A DNA stretch of 57,808 nt, counting the filler, from Sphacelaria rigidula (taxonomy: Eukaryota), in assembly GCA_964200075.2 (NCBI GenBank). It is 7 parts of 7 records of this genome, joined end to end, with 100 filler letters (N's around TTAATTAATTAA, not from the genome) between each part and the next. Parts side by side here need not be neighbours in the genome. Positions count along the whole stretch, not along the records: positions 8,274 to 16,446 come from CAXNAA020012031.1; positions 16,547 to 24,719 come from CAXNAA020012032.1; 5 more parts are not named here. One strand, given 5' to 3'. The notes under the pieces were generated by a model. That model was given only the letters and a program-made list of their open reading frames with translations. It did no database searches and was not told the DNA's origin. A program made the translations under genes and the position numbers. Below are positions 10,342-22,787 of the stretch, piece after piece (position 1 is the first letter of the stretch; each line of letters starts with the position of its first letter).

Positions 10342-11284
10342 GGCGAAAATAAATACGGGGGCCGTTCGCCACAAGTCCGGCCACGACTACGACCACTAAG
10401 TGAAAAAACAATCGGTCGACAGTCGTCGACGCCTCAGTTCTCTCCGTTATCGACGGCGTTGCTCTTGTTTGGTGGCAGTAGCAGTAGTAGTGACGGTAGC
10501 GACCTGCTCCTTTTTCCCTCCTCTACGCACGCGGATTTCCTTTCCCCGCACCTTCCGTAGCGTGTGTTTATCCCGGTAGTATGCGTGGGGTCTCCCTCAG
10601 AGTGAGATCGATCGCTTTACCTGCTCTTGAGGAACATAGTGGTATGCACGTATCGCCAAAATACATGATACGGGAGATGAGCAGCGGAAATAATCACGAG
10701 ACGTTAAATTTTTATTTCAAGCGCATATGACTCTGAAGCCCGGTAGTCGACTTTTGACGGCGTCAGCGATCGAAGCCATAAGCGTAACATTAATTTCCGT
10801 GAATTTTCAATTCCAAGATACAGCCACGAGTATCTACTTTGCTGTCTTTCTTTGACACTGCGTACCTAGGTATCGTTTACGCAGCTGCAATTGAGAATCC
10901 ATGCACCGAATAGGAAATACTCCTCTCGCATATTCGTTGCCCCCCATACCGCGTGGCCGCTGGCGTAGACACAGTAAAAATCGTATACGTAATGATTGCA
11001 GCACACGTCCATATCTACAATGTGATCCTGCAAACATCCGTCAACAACAGACCACAAGCAGAACTATACAGGACAATGTTTTCCTGACATTAAGAGTCTA
11101 GCATTGATTGAGAGTGACTTTCATTATTCGCTCTGACTTGACCATTTTCTCATTTTTCGCGTGCTCTTCTCTGCCTGTAGCACTGTCGTGTGCTTACAGC
11201 TAGCTACACGTCGACCTCCTACTTGGGAATATGAAATGCTTCAGTGGCAAGCTACTCCAGAACGCGTATCGTGCACCGTACAAG

Positions 11285-11400
11285 GCCCGGGGGGGGGCAT
11301 TTCGGAACTGAAACTATCAATAGTTCATTCATTAATTGGCGGCTCCTCGCTCTCAATTGTGTCCTAGATTCCCAACCCTACGAAAACATTGTTACAGGTA
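11285..11400 (+). repeat. Dispersed repeat (about 110 bp)
   Basis: ggcccgg...atttcggaactgaaac...ctctcaat...acgaaaacattgtt is similar to 56889-56997 (+) and to about 41205-41264 (-). Confidence 0.65.
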
Positions 11401-11521
11401 CCAACCTCAACTATGTGGCTGACTGACCGATATAATTGTACTAAGAAGTTAGATATCGGCATGGTACGAGCCAGGCCTGAACTTCCGGTGGTGTATTTTT
11501 GCATTATTATACTATAATGTA

Positions 11522-12070
11522 CAGTAGTGGGCGGTCTAACTATTTAGGGATGTTTTGGGCATTTCCTCGCGTACTACTCTTCGATAGAACTCGAAATCGC
11601 TAGCATCGGTAGATTTTGGTACAATGAATAGATCATCCTCGAAACACAGTGCCCAAGTCAGTGTCAGTTGGCATTATCGGACGAAACGAGTAAATACCCC
11701 CTTTACCAGGAGGATGTTATTGACCGTGAAACACAGTTTTTCGGCCCTGGTGCAATGGGTAAGCAGAATGTTTTAAAACTAAAACTGTACATTTCTTCGC
11801 AAATATGATCGGGACAGGCTCGATCGACCGAAATTACAGATGAGTAAGAATCTGGGCTAAAAGGTGACAGGACCCCCGATGACCGGTCAGCCCGTGAGTC
11901 ACTCGATATTGACTACAGATGGTTTCTTTCCTTGGCATGTGGAGCGGATACAAATATCTTCAGATCCCCGATGTGATAAGCGACGGCAAGCGGAAAGAGC
12001 CCGAGAAAATCGCCAATTACGAAAAAATCACAAAATGCCACAAAATGAATAGTTAGACCGCCCACCACTG
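11522..12070. mobile_element. Tc1/mariner-type MITE
   Basis: 23-bp TIRs cagtagtgggcggtctaactatt / aatagttagaccgcccaccactg (1 mismatch), flanked by TA at 11520-11521 and 12071-12072. No internal ORF. Confidence 0.85.
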
Positions 12071-12162
12071 TAAACTTTCTCTTCCACATGTAGTGTGGGG
12101 TAACGAAAAATACGCGTGGGTTGTTGGTCTCCTTTTCTGGCGGTGAGCAAGAGGAAATTAGA

Positions 12163-12564
12163 GGAGCTCCTACGTCGTTTTACGCCCTAAAAGAGAGCTA
12201 GGCGGATTTTGACACCTTGGGATGCCTTGCTGTACTCTTTGAGACGGTTCCAGTACACCCGTGTGCGCTGCGGGTGGTCGCCGTCTTTCTCTTGCCAAAA
12301 TTTTCATTTTCCTCGGAGACAGCTCACTCTTCTTCTCTGAGACTGGTTAAGTCCAGGAAAACTAACGAAATTTGTCTAGACTTGACCGGTTTCCGAGAAA
12401 AATGAACGGTCTCCGCGACAAAGGTATGTTTGGGCAGAAAAAATAACGCGGCCACCGGAAAAACGCGGGGGTGAGCTGGAACAGCCTAAACGAGGGACAG
12501 CAAAGTGCTCAAAGGTGCCGAAATCCGCCTATCTCTCTTCTAGGGCGTAAAACGACGCAGCTCC
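12163..12564. mobile_element. Foldback/MITE-like imperfect palindrome
   Basis: cgtcgttttacgccctaaaagagagctaggcggattttgacacctt pairs with aaggtgccgaaatccgcctatctctcttctagggcgtaaaacgacg. The arms are homologous to those of 13777-14204. Confidence 0.8.
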
Positions 12565-12696
12565 AAAATGGCACTTGTCCAGATTTCACTCCTGTTTGCT
12601 AAAATAAGCGACCTGGTGACGTAGACATAAATGACGACCTATCCTGACCTATCATACCGAAAAAACAAATCCGTCACTTTGTCCGGCACTATGTCG

Positions 12697-12732
<36 letters not shown>

Positions 12733-13776
12733 GGGTCTCCGTGATCAGACTCAAATCTGGAAATATCAACCATGGATCGCATGGTGCCGAACGGGGGGAA
12801 ATTCCATTAGATTGGTTGACGCGAATGGCCTGAATTGAGTACCATTCCAGGGAACACTTGGCCCACACAATTTTCAGAATGATGCCTGAGGCCGTGTCTT
12901 AGCACATCACTTTCCGATCGAAAAAGTGCGGTGGAAGACAAATATTTCGATATGATGAGTCGTGATTCCAACCATCTTCAAAATAAACTACGATACTTGA
13001 AATCACAACCTATCAGATGAGATTTTTCCTTTTCCACCGCTCATTTTCCTATCGAAAAAAAATGTGCCAAGACACGCCCTGAATAAGCTGACTCGCTCAT
13101 AATTGGCTTCGGCGAGCTATGGGAGCACCTGGGACTGTCAGCCCCCACAGGATCCGAATGTGACAGCCCACAATAAAACCAAGTTTGGTTCGACCAGTTC
13201 GCGTAAACTGACAACGTTTCTTACGGCGTATTTCGGCACACTACAGAAACGAAATCGGAATCGTCATCGAATTTTTTCGAGTGATGCGGCAAAAAAAATG
13301 TTCGTATCTGATTATGCTAGTGTTCAATATTGTATTAAAAAAATCGATATATCGTATCGAAATATGGTTTTCGCTATCGTATCGAAAACAGTTCGATAAC
13401 ACGGTAACGATAACGATAAGTTCCATGTGATCCGACACGATACGGCATGATAAATGCTGTCTTTTCACCGGATTATCACCATATAGCTGGTGAGGTGTAA
13501 TTGTTAGGCTCTTCCATATTCTGCTTTTCATGTTCGCGCTTCCTGATCTCCACTTCAGGCAAGCATATGCCTCGGGGAGGCACTTCTGCTCGTTGGCCAT
13601 GCTACCTTGGGGCACAACAAATTTCTCACACCTCTGCTCGTTAGTACAAGTATGAGCCAAATTATACATTTTTCCCTACCCCCGTCGGCTTTTCGTTATT
13701 CCTTCACGATACGGAATTTTACAAATTGCGGACGGGGTTTCTTCAAGGATGAGGCTACTGTACTTCTTATGTAAAA

Positions 13777-14204
13777 AAAAATGAAACTTGTTGAAAAGTG
13801 CATTTTCGACTCTTCTCCGTTGTTTTCCCCCCGAATAGAGGGCTAGGCGGATGTTGACACCTTGGAATGACTTGCTCTATTCGCTGAGACCGTTCCAGGG
13901 CACCTTTGCGTTTTCCGTAGATCACAGTTTCGTTCTTGGCCGAAAATGCATTTTCAACGACAAGCGGTCAAGTTATCAAAAATTTGGCGGTCCCCATGTT
14001 TTTCGATAACTTGACCGCTTGTCGTTGAAAATGCATTTTCGGCCAAGAACGAAACTGTGATCTACGGAAAACGCAAAGGTGCCCTGGAACGGTCTCAGCG
14101 AACAGAGCAAGTCATTCCAAGGTGTCAACATCCGCCTAGCCCTCTATTCGGGGGAAAAACGACGGAGAAGGGTCAAAAATGTGCTTTTTAACAAATTTCA
14201 TTTT
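13777..14204. repeat. About 200-bp-arm palindrome (foldback element)
   Basis: 13777-13977 is the reverse complement of 14005-14204, with a loop of about 27 nt. The inner arms are almost perfect. Confidence 0.95.
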
Positions 14205-15390
14205 ACGATACATGACAAGTAGCCGAAGCCTTGAAAACGTTCACAAGTGAACATCGAAATACTTTCGGGGGAAAGCGCAAATGAATTCTTTGGCCGTGAT
14301 GTGTGGCCTCGCTCACTTGGGAAAAAAAAACTTGTAAAACCCAGAGTTTTCCCGAGCAACTTTGATCTCTGGTCGTTGCCATTTCCCAGAATCTCCTGTT
14401 TGCACGGGATTTGACAACATATGGATACGGATATATATTTTTTTTAGATGAGCGAGGTCGCACATCACGGCCGGAGAGGGCGTTTGCATATTTTTCAAAA
14501 CATTTCAATTCCTACAAAGCTTCCGAAGGCTCATTCTCGAAGGCAAATCTACCCGCAATTGGTGAAATCCCATGATGTTTGCTCCTCATTATCTATGCTG
14601 TAAATGTTCCAAGTAGTTCTGGAGATGCTTCTGTTGTCGAACCTGTGTTTTTTGGTTAGTGGGGCCAGAATGGGTAAGACCCTGGTGGTTATCGGGATTC
14701 GTCAAACCCGGACACGTTCATTTCTTCTAGGTTGAGAAGCCCAATTTTGATGGGAAATGAAGCCAAGTAGCTCAGTTTTCTCGCTTCCGGTCGGTGGCGC
14801 CTCTCACGCCCCACCCCTAGCCAGTCCGGGGGGGGAAGGCTTTTGGCGTTCGCACTGCGAGTAGACTCGGCTACGCTCGCCCACTCACTGAGCGAGCTGC
14901 GTTCGCACTTCGGCTTCGCTGAAAATGATCGCAACTTGTCGATATCGAACGCTGAAATTGTCGATATCGTATCGAAGTGATGAATGGTTCGATATCCAAT
15001 TCTATCTCTGATGCGTCGACGTCAATTGTGTTCTCAACCACAGACCATCTGAGTGCACACACACATACATGATGTGGACGTATCAGATACGAATACGAGT
15101 ACCTTTTGTTCCGCCGCACGTTTTTGATACCGAAAAAAATGATTACGCGGCCTAAAACACCTCAGAGTCGAAAACTCTCAATGGTTTTCTTGAAATAGGG
15201 CGTGAAAAACGTGCCTGGACGCTACTGCAAATTTGCTTCGACGCCGATGGTTTTTTCTGAGACACACAAGCCTTTCGCGAAAATAGATACAGGTATGGAG
15301 ATCGAAACCGATTTTTCCGCGAGTGGTGTGAATAAGGCTGTGTCTTGGCACATCAGTTTTCAATCGACATTGTGCGGCGGGAAACAAAAT

Positions 15391-15646
15391 GAGCAATGCT
15401 ACGATAGAGGTGCATTTTTTTCGCGACATCTTGTCGAGTGCAGGGGCTCCAAACGATTCTAGATGCACAGGAATATGGGTCAGGATATCCCCGTCTGCGA
15501 ATTCATTCGGGATATTCCCAGCACATTGAAGTAGTAATCCTGGCGTACCTTCACGTATTTTCATAAGTGGTGTTTCGCAGGACATCACAGCTTCTAATAA
15601 TTCTAACTTCAGAAAATATTTGTGCACCCCTATCGTAGCATCACTC
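15391..15646 (-). mobile_element. MITE with GAG..CTC termini and 4-bp TSD (Sola2-like), copy A
   Basis: TIRs gagcaatgctacgatagaggtgca / tgcacccctatcgtagcatcactc. AAAT is duplicated at 15387-15390 and 15647-15650. Homologous to 38344-38599 and 48050-48413. Confidence 0.8.
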
Positions 15647-15674
15647 AAATCCTGATCTGATAGGTCGTGATTTC

Positions 15675-16045
15675 CAGGGATGTGTACGGAGGACAATCCG
15701 CTCCGCGGTGCGGTTTTTGTTTTTCGAAACCTCACGGAGCGGAGCGGATATCCGCATGTGTGGAAAATCACGGATTATGACGGTGCGGATATCCGCCACT
15801 GAAAATGTCACGGTGCGGTGCGGATTTTTTTAATATGGTACGGAGCGGATATCCGTCAGTGGGAAAACTCACGGATTTTGACGCGGCGGATGTCCGTGGC
15901 ATGGATTTTTTCACGGAGCGGATTGCCCCCCTCCGTGGAACAATCTGCACGAACCGCGGCAATTCCCCGCGGTGCACCGTCGCAGTAATCCGTGAAACCG
16001 ATACGGGTATCCGTGAAAAATGTATGGATATCCGCGGATTAATAC
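15675..16045. repeat. GCGGA/TCCGC motif-rich element end (hAT-like subterminal repeats)
   Basis: Begins cagggatg, followed by many acggagcggatatccg / cggtgcggat motifs in both orientations. The partner terminus was not found. Confidence 0.5.
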
Positions 16046-16403
16046 CGAAAAGTACGAAAGTAGTTATTTTGCGTTGACTTCCAGCTGCTGGACAGGGGGG
16101 AAGGCGGATTAAACAGCGCACATGTAAGGTCGAATCCCTTGAAGAAAAAACAAATCAATCGAGAAAAAACAAATCAATCGAGAAAAATTTTGAATGTCAC
16201 CCTACAGGACAGGGTCACGGGGGGCGGGGTGGCAGACGCGCAACAGCAGCAGCGCTAGACCCAGGACTACGGCTATCCACCATAACAAAGAACATGGAAT
16301 ACATTCCTCAAGAATGACGCCAAGAGCAGCACAGTAGTTTCCAACTGAAAGGGGAGATCTTGACGCCAAGTTCGAATTACGCCTTCCAGCTCGAGGCGCA
16401 CGC

Positions 16404-16413
16404 TCGCGCGCGC

Positions 16414-16444
<31 letters not shown>

Positions 16445-16446
16445 TG
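16404..16446. repeat. (CG)n(TG)n compound microsatellite at contig end
   Basis: Direct reading; alternating purine-pyrimidine run truncated by the linker. Confidence 0.9.
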
Positions 16447-16546
16447 NNNNNNNNNNNNNNNNNNNNNNNNNNNNNNNNNNNNNNNNNNNNTTAATTAATT
16501 AANNNNNNNNNNNNNNNNNNNNNNNNNNNNNNNNNNNNNNNNNNNN
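16447..16546. other. Artificial contig linker
   Basis: N44-TTAATTAATTAA-N44. Confidence 0.98.
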
Positions 16547-16599
16547 GTAAAACGACGTGAAAGCTCCAAAAAGACACTTTTCGAGGTTTTTATTTTTGT

Positions 16600-17026
16600 C
16601 TATTACAAGAAGCGGCCTAACGGCCGAAAAAATGAGTCGATCCGAGAACAGTCATTCTTCACCCCTATTGCGGGGGCTGAGAAATGTCGAAAACATGCCA
16701 GCGAAGAATAGTTGGCCGTCCTCGTCGTCACCAGGACTTGATGCTAGCTAGTCCCAAGCCGTTTTAGAGGCGGTCTCCTCATCGTATTTCACCTCCCTTA
16801 CAACGTACCCGCCCTCTTCCACGTCCTTACCCCGGTATGCCCTTATATGCTTCCTCTGCCCCAAAATTACCAAAACAACAATGAAAAAGCGCGAAAGTGG
16901 GGGTATATTTTGATTAAAGTTTCGTGTAGAAGTATAGTTTTTTTCTTTAGCTAGCATCGTCAGCAATTTTGTTGAGGAGGTGTGATCTGTACCCCATAGT
17001 GCACCTAGCTTATGGGACGGAGGAAG
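16600..17026 (-). mobile_element. Internally deleted mariner derivative (5' TIR plus transposase C-terminus)
   Basis: TIR ...gcttatgggacggaggaag followed by TA at 17027-17028. The minus-strand peptide VVREVKYDEETASKTAWD*LASSP matches the C-terminus VERVVKYDEEAFAKAWDFLAASP of the transposase at 29360-29430. The other boundary is uncertain. Confidence 0.7.
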
Positions 17027-17118
17027 TATAATGGAACAAGCCAGCAGTGAGATCTTCGTAGACACCCCTTCGTTCCTCACCACACACACGCACACAAACA
17101 AATCACAAACGCCAGCAG

Positions 17119-20100
17119 GTCGAACGTACTACTGCCTCCGAGGTCCTATAAGAGCCTCGCGGCATCCTTCCGGCGGCCAGCTGCGCGTGACAACAAGTCC
17201 CTCACACTCACCGTGGAGACTGTGGACATACAAGCAGCGGCGGCGAAGGCGGCGGCAGAGGCCGAAATGGCTTCCCCCGGTAATTCCGGAAAAGGTCATA
17301 AGGCAGAGGGTGGACAGCAGGAGAACGAGGAAGGAGAGACAGTGGTGCCACCTGCTCCGAAATTGGAGGGGGGTTCGGGTACGGGTAGCAGAGGGGCGGC
17401 AACCAGGACGTCGTCGTTTACTCTGGGAGGGGGGAGCGGCGCCCCGGCGGAGGCGAAGCAAGGGGGGGAGGAGGGGGAAGAGTTTGTTCCGGACCCCTAC
17501 ATGAGGAGGGACGAGACCGCTTGCCGGAAAGTCAAGGTGGAAGAGGCTGCTCCTTTGCTGAGGATGTCGAGATCTTCGCCCCCGACGTCCGAGGCGCTCG
17601 CGGGGGAAGAAGTTCAAGAGGTGCAATGCGCAATTCCATGAGGGAAGGGGGGTAATGAGTAGCCTTCCTCTCGATTATCCACAGGCTTTACTTGGGTCTC
17701 AGATTTCCTTTTTCCCAGCGGCCCCCTCTGCCCCCCCCTCCTTTCCCTGCGCGTGCGGAGTTGTTACCCCGTTCCATATCCGTTTCATGTGTAGGTTCCC
17801 TACCGTAATATGCGTTCATTACTAAGTCCAGTGGCAAAAACTACAAACGCAACAGGTGATCCAGCTGGAGAATGGAAGCACCGGGCCCTCCGTGGGGATG
17901 ATGGAAGTGTGGACCAGACCCTGTCCGTCCAAGACACAACAGCAACAGCAGAGGTCGTCCCTTCTGCCTTCCATGACCCTCCTGTACTCTCTCTCAACCT
18001 CCAGCGCCGTAGCCCCCACCGCTACCGCTACCGCTACCTCGGGCACCCCAGCCGAGGGCGCGATCGGGAGTGGAAGGGGAGAAGGAGCACGACGAGGAAT
18101 TGCTGCGTTGGACGTTCTTCTCGATCAAGGAGGCGCCACGGTGTTTGGAGAAGAAGCTGAAGGACATGGCGGTGTGTTGACGAGTGGTGCGGGGGTTAGG
18201 CTAGCGCTGTTGCTGAGGGCCGGGATGGCCGAAATAGGCGCGGCGGGGGGTAGGGGAAGGGCGGGAGCTCGAGGTGCTGTAGCCGCGACGGAGGTGCTCG
18301 TCAAGTATTCCAAGAGCGCCGGCGCAGCGTATCACCGACAGCTGCGTGTGCCTGTTCGACTGTCCGTCCGAGGGGGGCTGAGAGTCTGCAGCCTCAGGGT
18401 AGGTTTCGGGCACTGGGGTTGTGGCAGTTTGGCAGGGGGGCGTGATGAAGGGGGGAAGGTGTGGGGTACGTTGTGTGTTGCTGGTCAATTGCCTGTGCGC
18501 AACACAAGTGGGAAGGACCTTGTTGATGTCCGTGTCGGTCCGTGAGTGGCGGTGGGGCGAGGTGAAAAAAACGGACCGGACACAATGAGAGCCGATGATG
18601 CAGGCATGGAAGTGTACAATCAAGCCTGAAGCCACCTGAGGCACCTTCGGACACTCGTCCGCGTAAGGGGTCGCTATTGATCTCTTCTACAGCGATTATA
18701 TACTTCATCGTTATTTACGATGTCCACGCATGAACCATGAGCGCCGTGATTGCAGGCCTTGCCGGTGTGGAGGATACGCTGTCAGCGGTCTATCGGCTGA
18801 CTCATGCAATCTCCTCGATATGGCACAACTGATGACGATAATTCGTAATCTTCGCAGCATATAGTCATTACGACATTTCCTGTTGTACTGGGAGGAAGTG
18901 CAGTTTGACGTACAGTTAGCAAGTGAACCAGGGTCCAAAATTCCCTTCGTTGGGCTACATGGCGTCACCTCCCTCCGCCAAAAACATTAGCTGAGCTTCC
19001 CCGCCCTCTCCCCCACCCTCAAATGACACCAACCATAGGTGGGGCAATTCTTGGGAGGGGGGCTTTGTCTGGACAGAGACACGGACTCCACAGCGTGCGT
19101 GCTTCTGGTGGAGATTGCCAACCACAGCACCTTCCCTATCTTTGTTTGGAGGCCCGGTTCTGCCGCCGGCGAGCGGCAGGGGTTGGCGACAGAAGTAGAG
19201 CAAAGAGCTGGAGTCGGGGGGGAGGGAGAGGGTGCTACTGAGATCCCTGGGGGCTCACGGCAATGCCTCTCGCTGGAGATACCGCGATTACAAGTGGGAC
19301 CCGAGGAAAAGGTGATGGTAATAGGACTGAGAGGGGAGGGATCTGTAGATCATGCTTTTTGCATTTTCGTACGGGAGGGGCCATGATTTTTCAGTTCCTT
19401 GGAGTTTGATATTCCAGAAAAATGTTGTGTTCAAAAGCATTCTCCAAAGAAAGCGTGATAATTTCTAAAATTGGAAAAAATGTGAGCTTCGCTGTACAGA
19501 AATCTGCGTGCTCATGATACACGAGACCACCTCAAAACGATAGGTCGTCCTTCATGGTAGGACAAGGATTAGGTACGAGAATATTGACACGAACCGGGGT
19601 CATTATCCAAATTACAGTCTCGTGGAGGAAGGGTTGGTATTGCCATTCTCCAGTAGATCTTGTGCGAGAGCATCCCGTGTAGAAATGCGAAAATGTTGCG
19701 GACTGAACTACTTCCATGTTTTTGTGTCAGATGGAAACTGTTGCATGGCATGGCATGACCACGTTTGGTGGCAGCCGCTATCTCGGAGAATGCAACCATG
19801 TTGTCATTTTACATTGGTCATATGGCAGGCACTTGTACACAACAACAGCGAGGGTGCTACTTATAAATGATTCTCCATGGTAGTGGTTAAATGGTTTGAT
19901 ATTCTTCCACCCTCCTTCTTGCCCCCCTCCCCCAAACTCGGCAACGCTTTGGAAACAACCAACACGGGATAGGGAGCAGACGCAGATGAACCTCGCTCGC
20001 CGCTGGCCGTCCGACCGCTGTTCGAGTGGGAGAAATCTCTGTCGCACCACCTGTACAGCCAGCTGGAATTGCGTTGGGCGACGGATGCTCATGAGGCTAC

Positions 20101-22787
20101 AGTGTCGGCGGCTACCGGGGTTCAAGTATCCAAGGATGAAGAAGTAGCAACAACAGGATCCAAGGAAAATCCATCGGAAGCAGCAGGGGGGATGTTCGCG
20201 TCAGGACGAAGGGGAACTTTGGCGGTGGCTTTAGAGCAAGTCAGAGACGACGGCTGCTGCCAAAATGTCATGCTAGGCGCGGGCGCTGACCAGCAGCAGC
20301 AGCTAGCGCAACACTTGAATCAACCTCCGCTTGGCGTCCCGGCATGTTTAATGGGTGCTCTGCTGCCGCCCGTACGACTGACGTGCCTACCCTTTTGCTT
20401 TGTGCCTTCGAGGGGGGTGGTCGCACGGGGGTGCGCCGCTAGCGATGCGGAGGGGGGTGTTGGCGACGAGTTCAGTGCTTACCCGAAATTGAGCATCACG
20501 CCGGCGGGCGAGGTGAAGGTTGATAGCAAGGTGGCCGACGATGGGCTTGAGGGCATTGAAGGCGCTTGGGCGGTGAGAGGCGGGGGTAGCGAGGGTCGGC
20601 GGGTGGGCGGGTGTCGTTTCCGGAAAGAATGGTCGATGCTGGGATTAGGGATGAAGTCATATCGCTATACAGTAGCTTGTTCACGCAAAAGACCCAAATT
20701 CGGTCATGAGCAAATGCCTTCCACACTACGCACCCAAAAGTCGCATACATGGTATCATACTGACCGTAATGAACAGACGAAGAGGGTGACGTAGTCGGAT
20801 TTTTTGTTTGAAGCTGTAGCGGTGGCGCTATGGACTAAAGTGTGTCTCGACCAATCAGCGCCGTTCAAAATTGTTCCGAAACTGCAAACACGAATTCCAA
20901 GTCCAATTTCCACCGAATCCCCACATGCTTCAAATCGTAGTAACCGCCATCAGCTTGGGAATCTAACGGGAGAAACACATGTGAAAACTGTTCCAACACA
21001 CGCACGAAAGACCCACGGAGCCTCATGACGATTTCCCTTATATCTGTTGTAGAAAAGCTCGGATCATCCTCAAACTTGGCAGTTCCATAGGTATTGATGC
21101 TCCAAATGGAAAAATTGTATTTCTGGCAAGATTTCAAAGTTTTTTCCGTTCTTTACCGGCTTTCTAGGGTCCAGTATAAAGACCCCCGGAAGGCGGTACA
21201 GGATGCCTCAAAAGGAAAACAAAAAACATGATGCGTCCCAGGACAGTCTAAGGAACTCATGTACGAAGTTTGGTCGAGGAACCCAATTTTTTCATACAGT
21301 TTTTCTTGCCTTGACGTAAAATTTACCCCGAAAATATGTTCTCATACTAAAACCAAGTACTTGGGGGTTTGCAGGTTTTGAGCTCACGTCCTCGCACAAA
21401 CGCGCAAACCTTGACGCAGTTATTAGGCGTTACATGCTGAGAAATCGCATAAACGTGCTACGGGTCATTACGCAAGTTTCGATCGAAGAATGTTTTTTAC
21501 CTCTTGACTTTTTCACCGTTTTTCGGGGGTCGACGGGATCCAAGTCGTTTTTTCGAAGTCGTCTCCATTCTGGGACCTCGGAAAACCGGCACAACGACTT
21601 TTTTTTCATGTTTTCGCAAACGCCTTGTCGCCGCGAAACCCAAGGAAGAGCCCCACAAGGTTTCGTGGCCAAACTCGATTAACTGATGCTTGGATTTTCA
21701 TATACACGTCAAATGAGGCCCCAAAACACCATTTCCATCCTAAAATCTAGTAGTTGGCGGTTTCATCGTGGCACGGCAAGGTTCATCGCACAAACGCGAA
21801 AAAAATCACGCTGTTTTAAGGAGCTAAACCCTGGAATTTTGCACAAATGTACTCTGGGTAATTACGCAACCTTTGGATGAACGAGGTTTTTCGATTTTTT
21901 TTCTCTATCGTTTTACGGGGGTCCAACCGGATCGCAGCTTCCTCGAAAAACATTGAAAAAAGTCAAAAAGCAAGAAGTAAACAATGAATCTCGATCTTCG
22001 AAAGTTGCGTCATGACCCATAGACCATTGTGCAAAATTTCAGGGTCTAACTCCTCAGAACGGCGTGAAGTTTTTTGGGTCTTATCCGAGAACCACCCTGT
22101 GGCTTGTTTTTTTACCTCGCCCTCATCATCTCGGGGGAAAACTATCTCTCGTTTGTAATCTTGACACGTTTCTCCCTGTGGCTTGTTTTCATTTTATTTG
22201 TTAGTCCGGAGTTTCAGGAGAAAGAAGGAGGGCTCTATCTCTTGTTAGAAATAGGAGGTCGGTATTGGAAAGACACGCCCACGTCTGTGACCACGCATTC
22301 GAAAGGTCGGGCTGATGTGCCGAAATAATGATAGATGGGGATAAGAATAAGAATAATAGCTGTCGAGAAACTGCGCAACGGAGGGGCATAGTTTTCGTAC
22401 AACTGCAGTACACACCACCATCTTGACGCAGCGGGACGGATATCGCTCTCAACATGTGTCAGTGTCTGGTAAACCCGACCTCACCCCCCGCTCACCCTAC
22501 CCGCCCACCCTACCCGCCCACCCTCCCGCCTCTTCCCTTGGCGTGTTGATCTCTCTCGATACGCCATCTTCGGGTCAGGCAAAAACTCGAGTGGATTCCT
22601 TTTTGCCCGTTGCGCTGCTTGTGCACAACCCTACCCCCTGGCCCGTGGAGGTCGAAGTTCAAGCTTCGTCCGAGGTAGAGGGCTGCGGCAGTGCGCACAG
22701 CAGTGGCGAGGATGAGGCTGAGGGCGACGCGGATGCTGCCGCAGGGCGTGACTCCTATGGCCGTGTGATGTGGTCCGGCATGCCAAG
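17119..22787 (+). CDS. TRAPPC9: TRAPP II subunit TRAPPC9/Trs120 homologue, internal exons (partial gene)
   Basis: Five phase-compatible AG/GT exons: 17119-17620, 17856-18398 (alternative donor 18458), 19039-19311, 19973-20512 and 22579-22787. The joined peptide shows the motif order of the Trs120/TRAPPC9 C-terminal beta-sandwich region: APLLR..GEEVQE|VIQLENGS, RQLRVPVRLSVRGGLRV, VLLVEIANHS..IPGGSRQCLSLEIPRL, LELRW..RRGTLAV..LLPPV, FLPVALLVHNPTPWPVEVEV..VMWSG. Identity is by motif recognition only. Confidence 0.7.
21390..22076. mobile_element. Intronic foldback-like repeat
   Basis: About 21800-21860 and 22003-22075 are imperfect inverted copies, and 21395-21480 is a diverged direct copy of the former. 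Boundaries are approximate. Confidence 0.5.
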
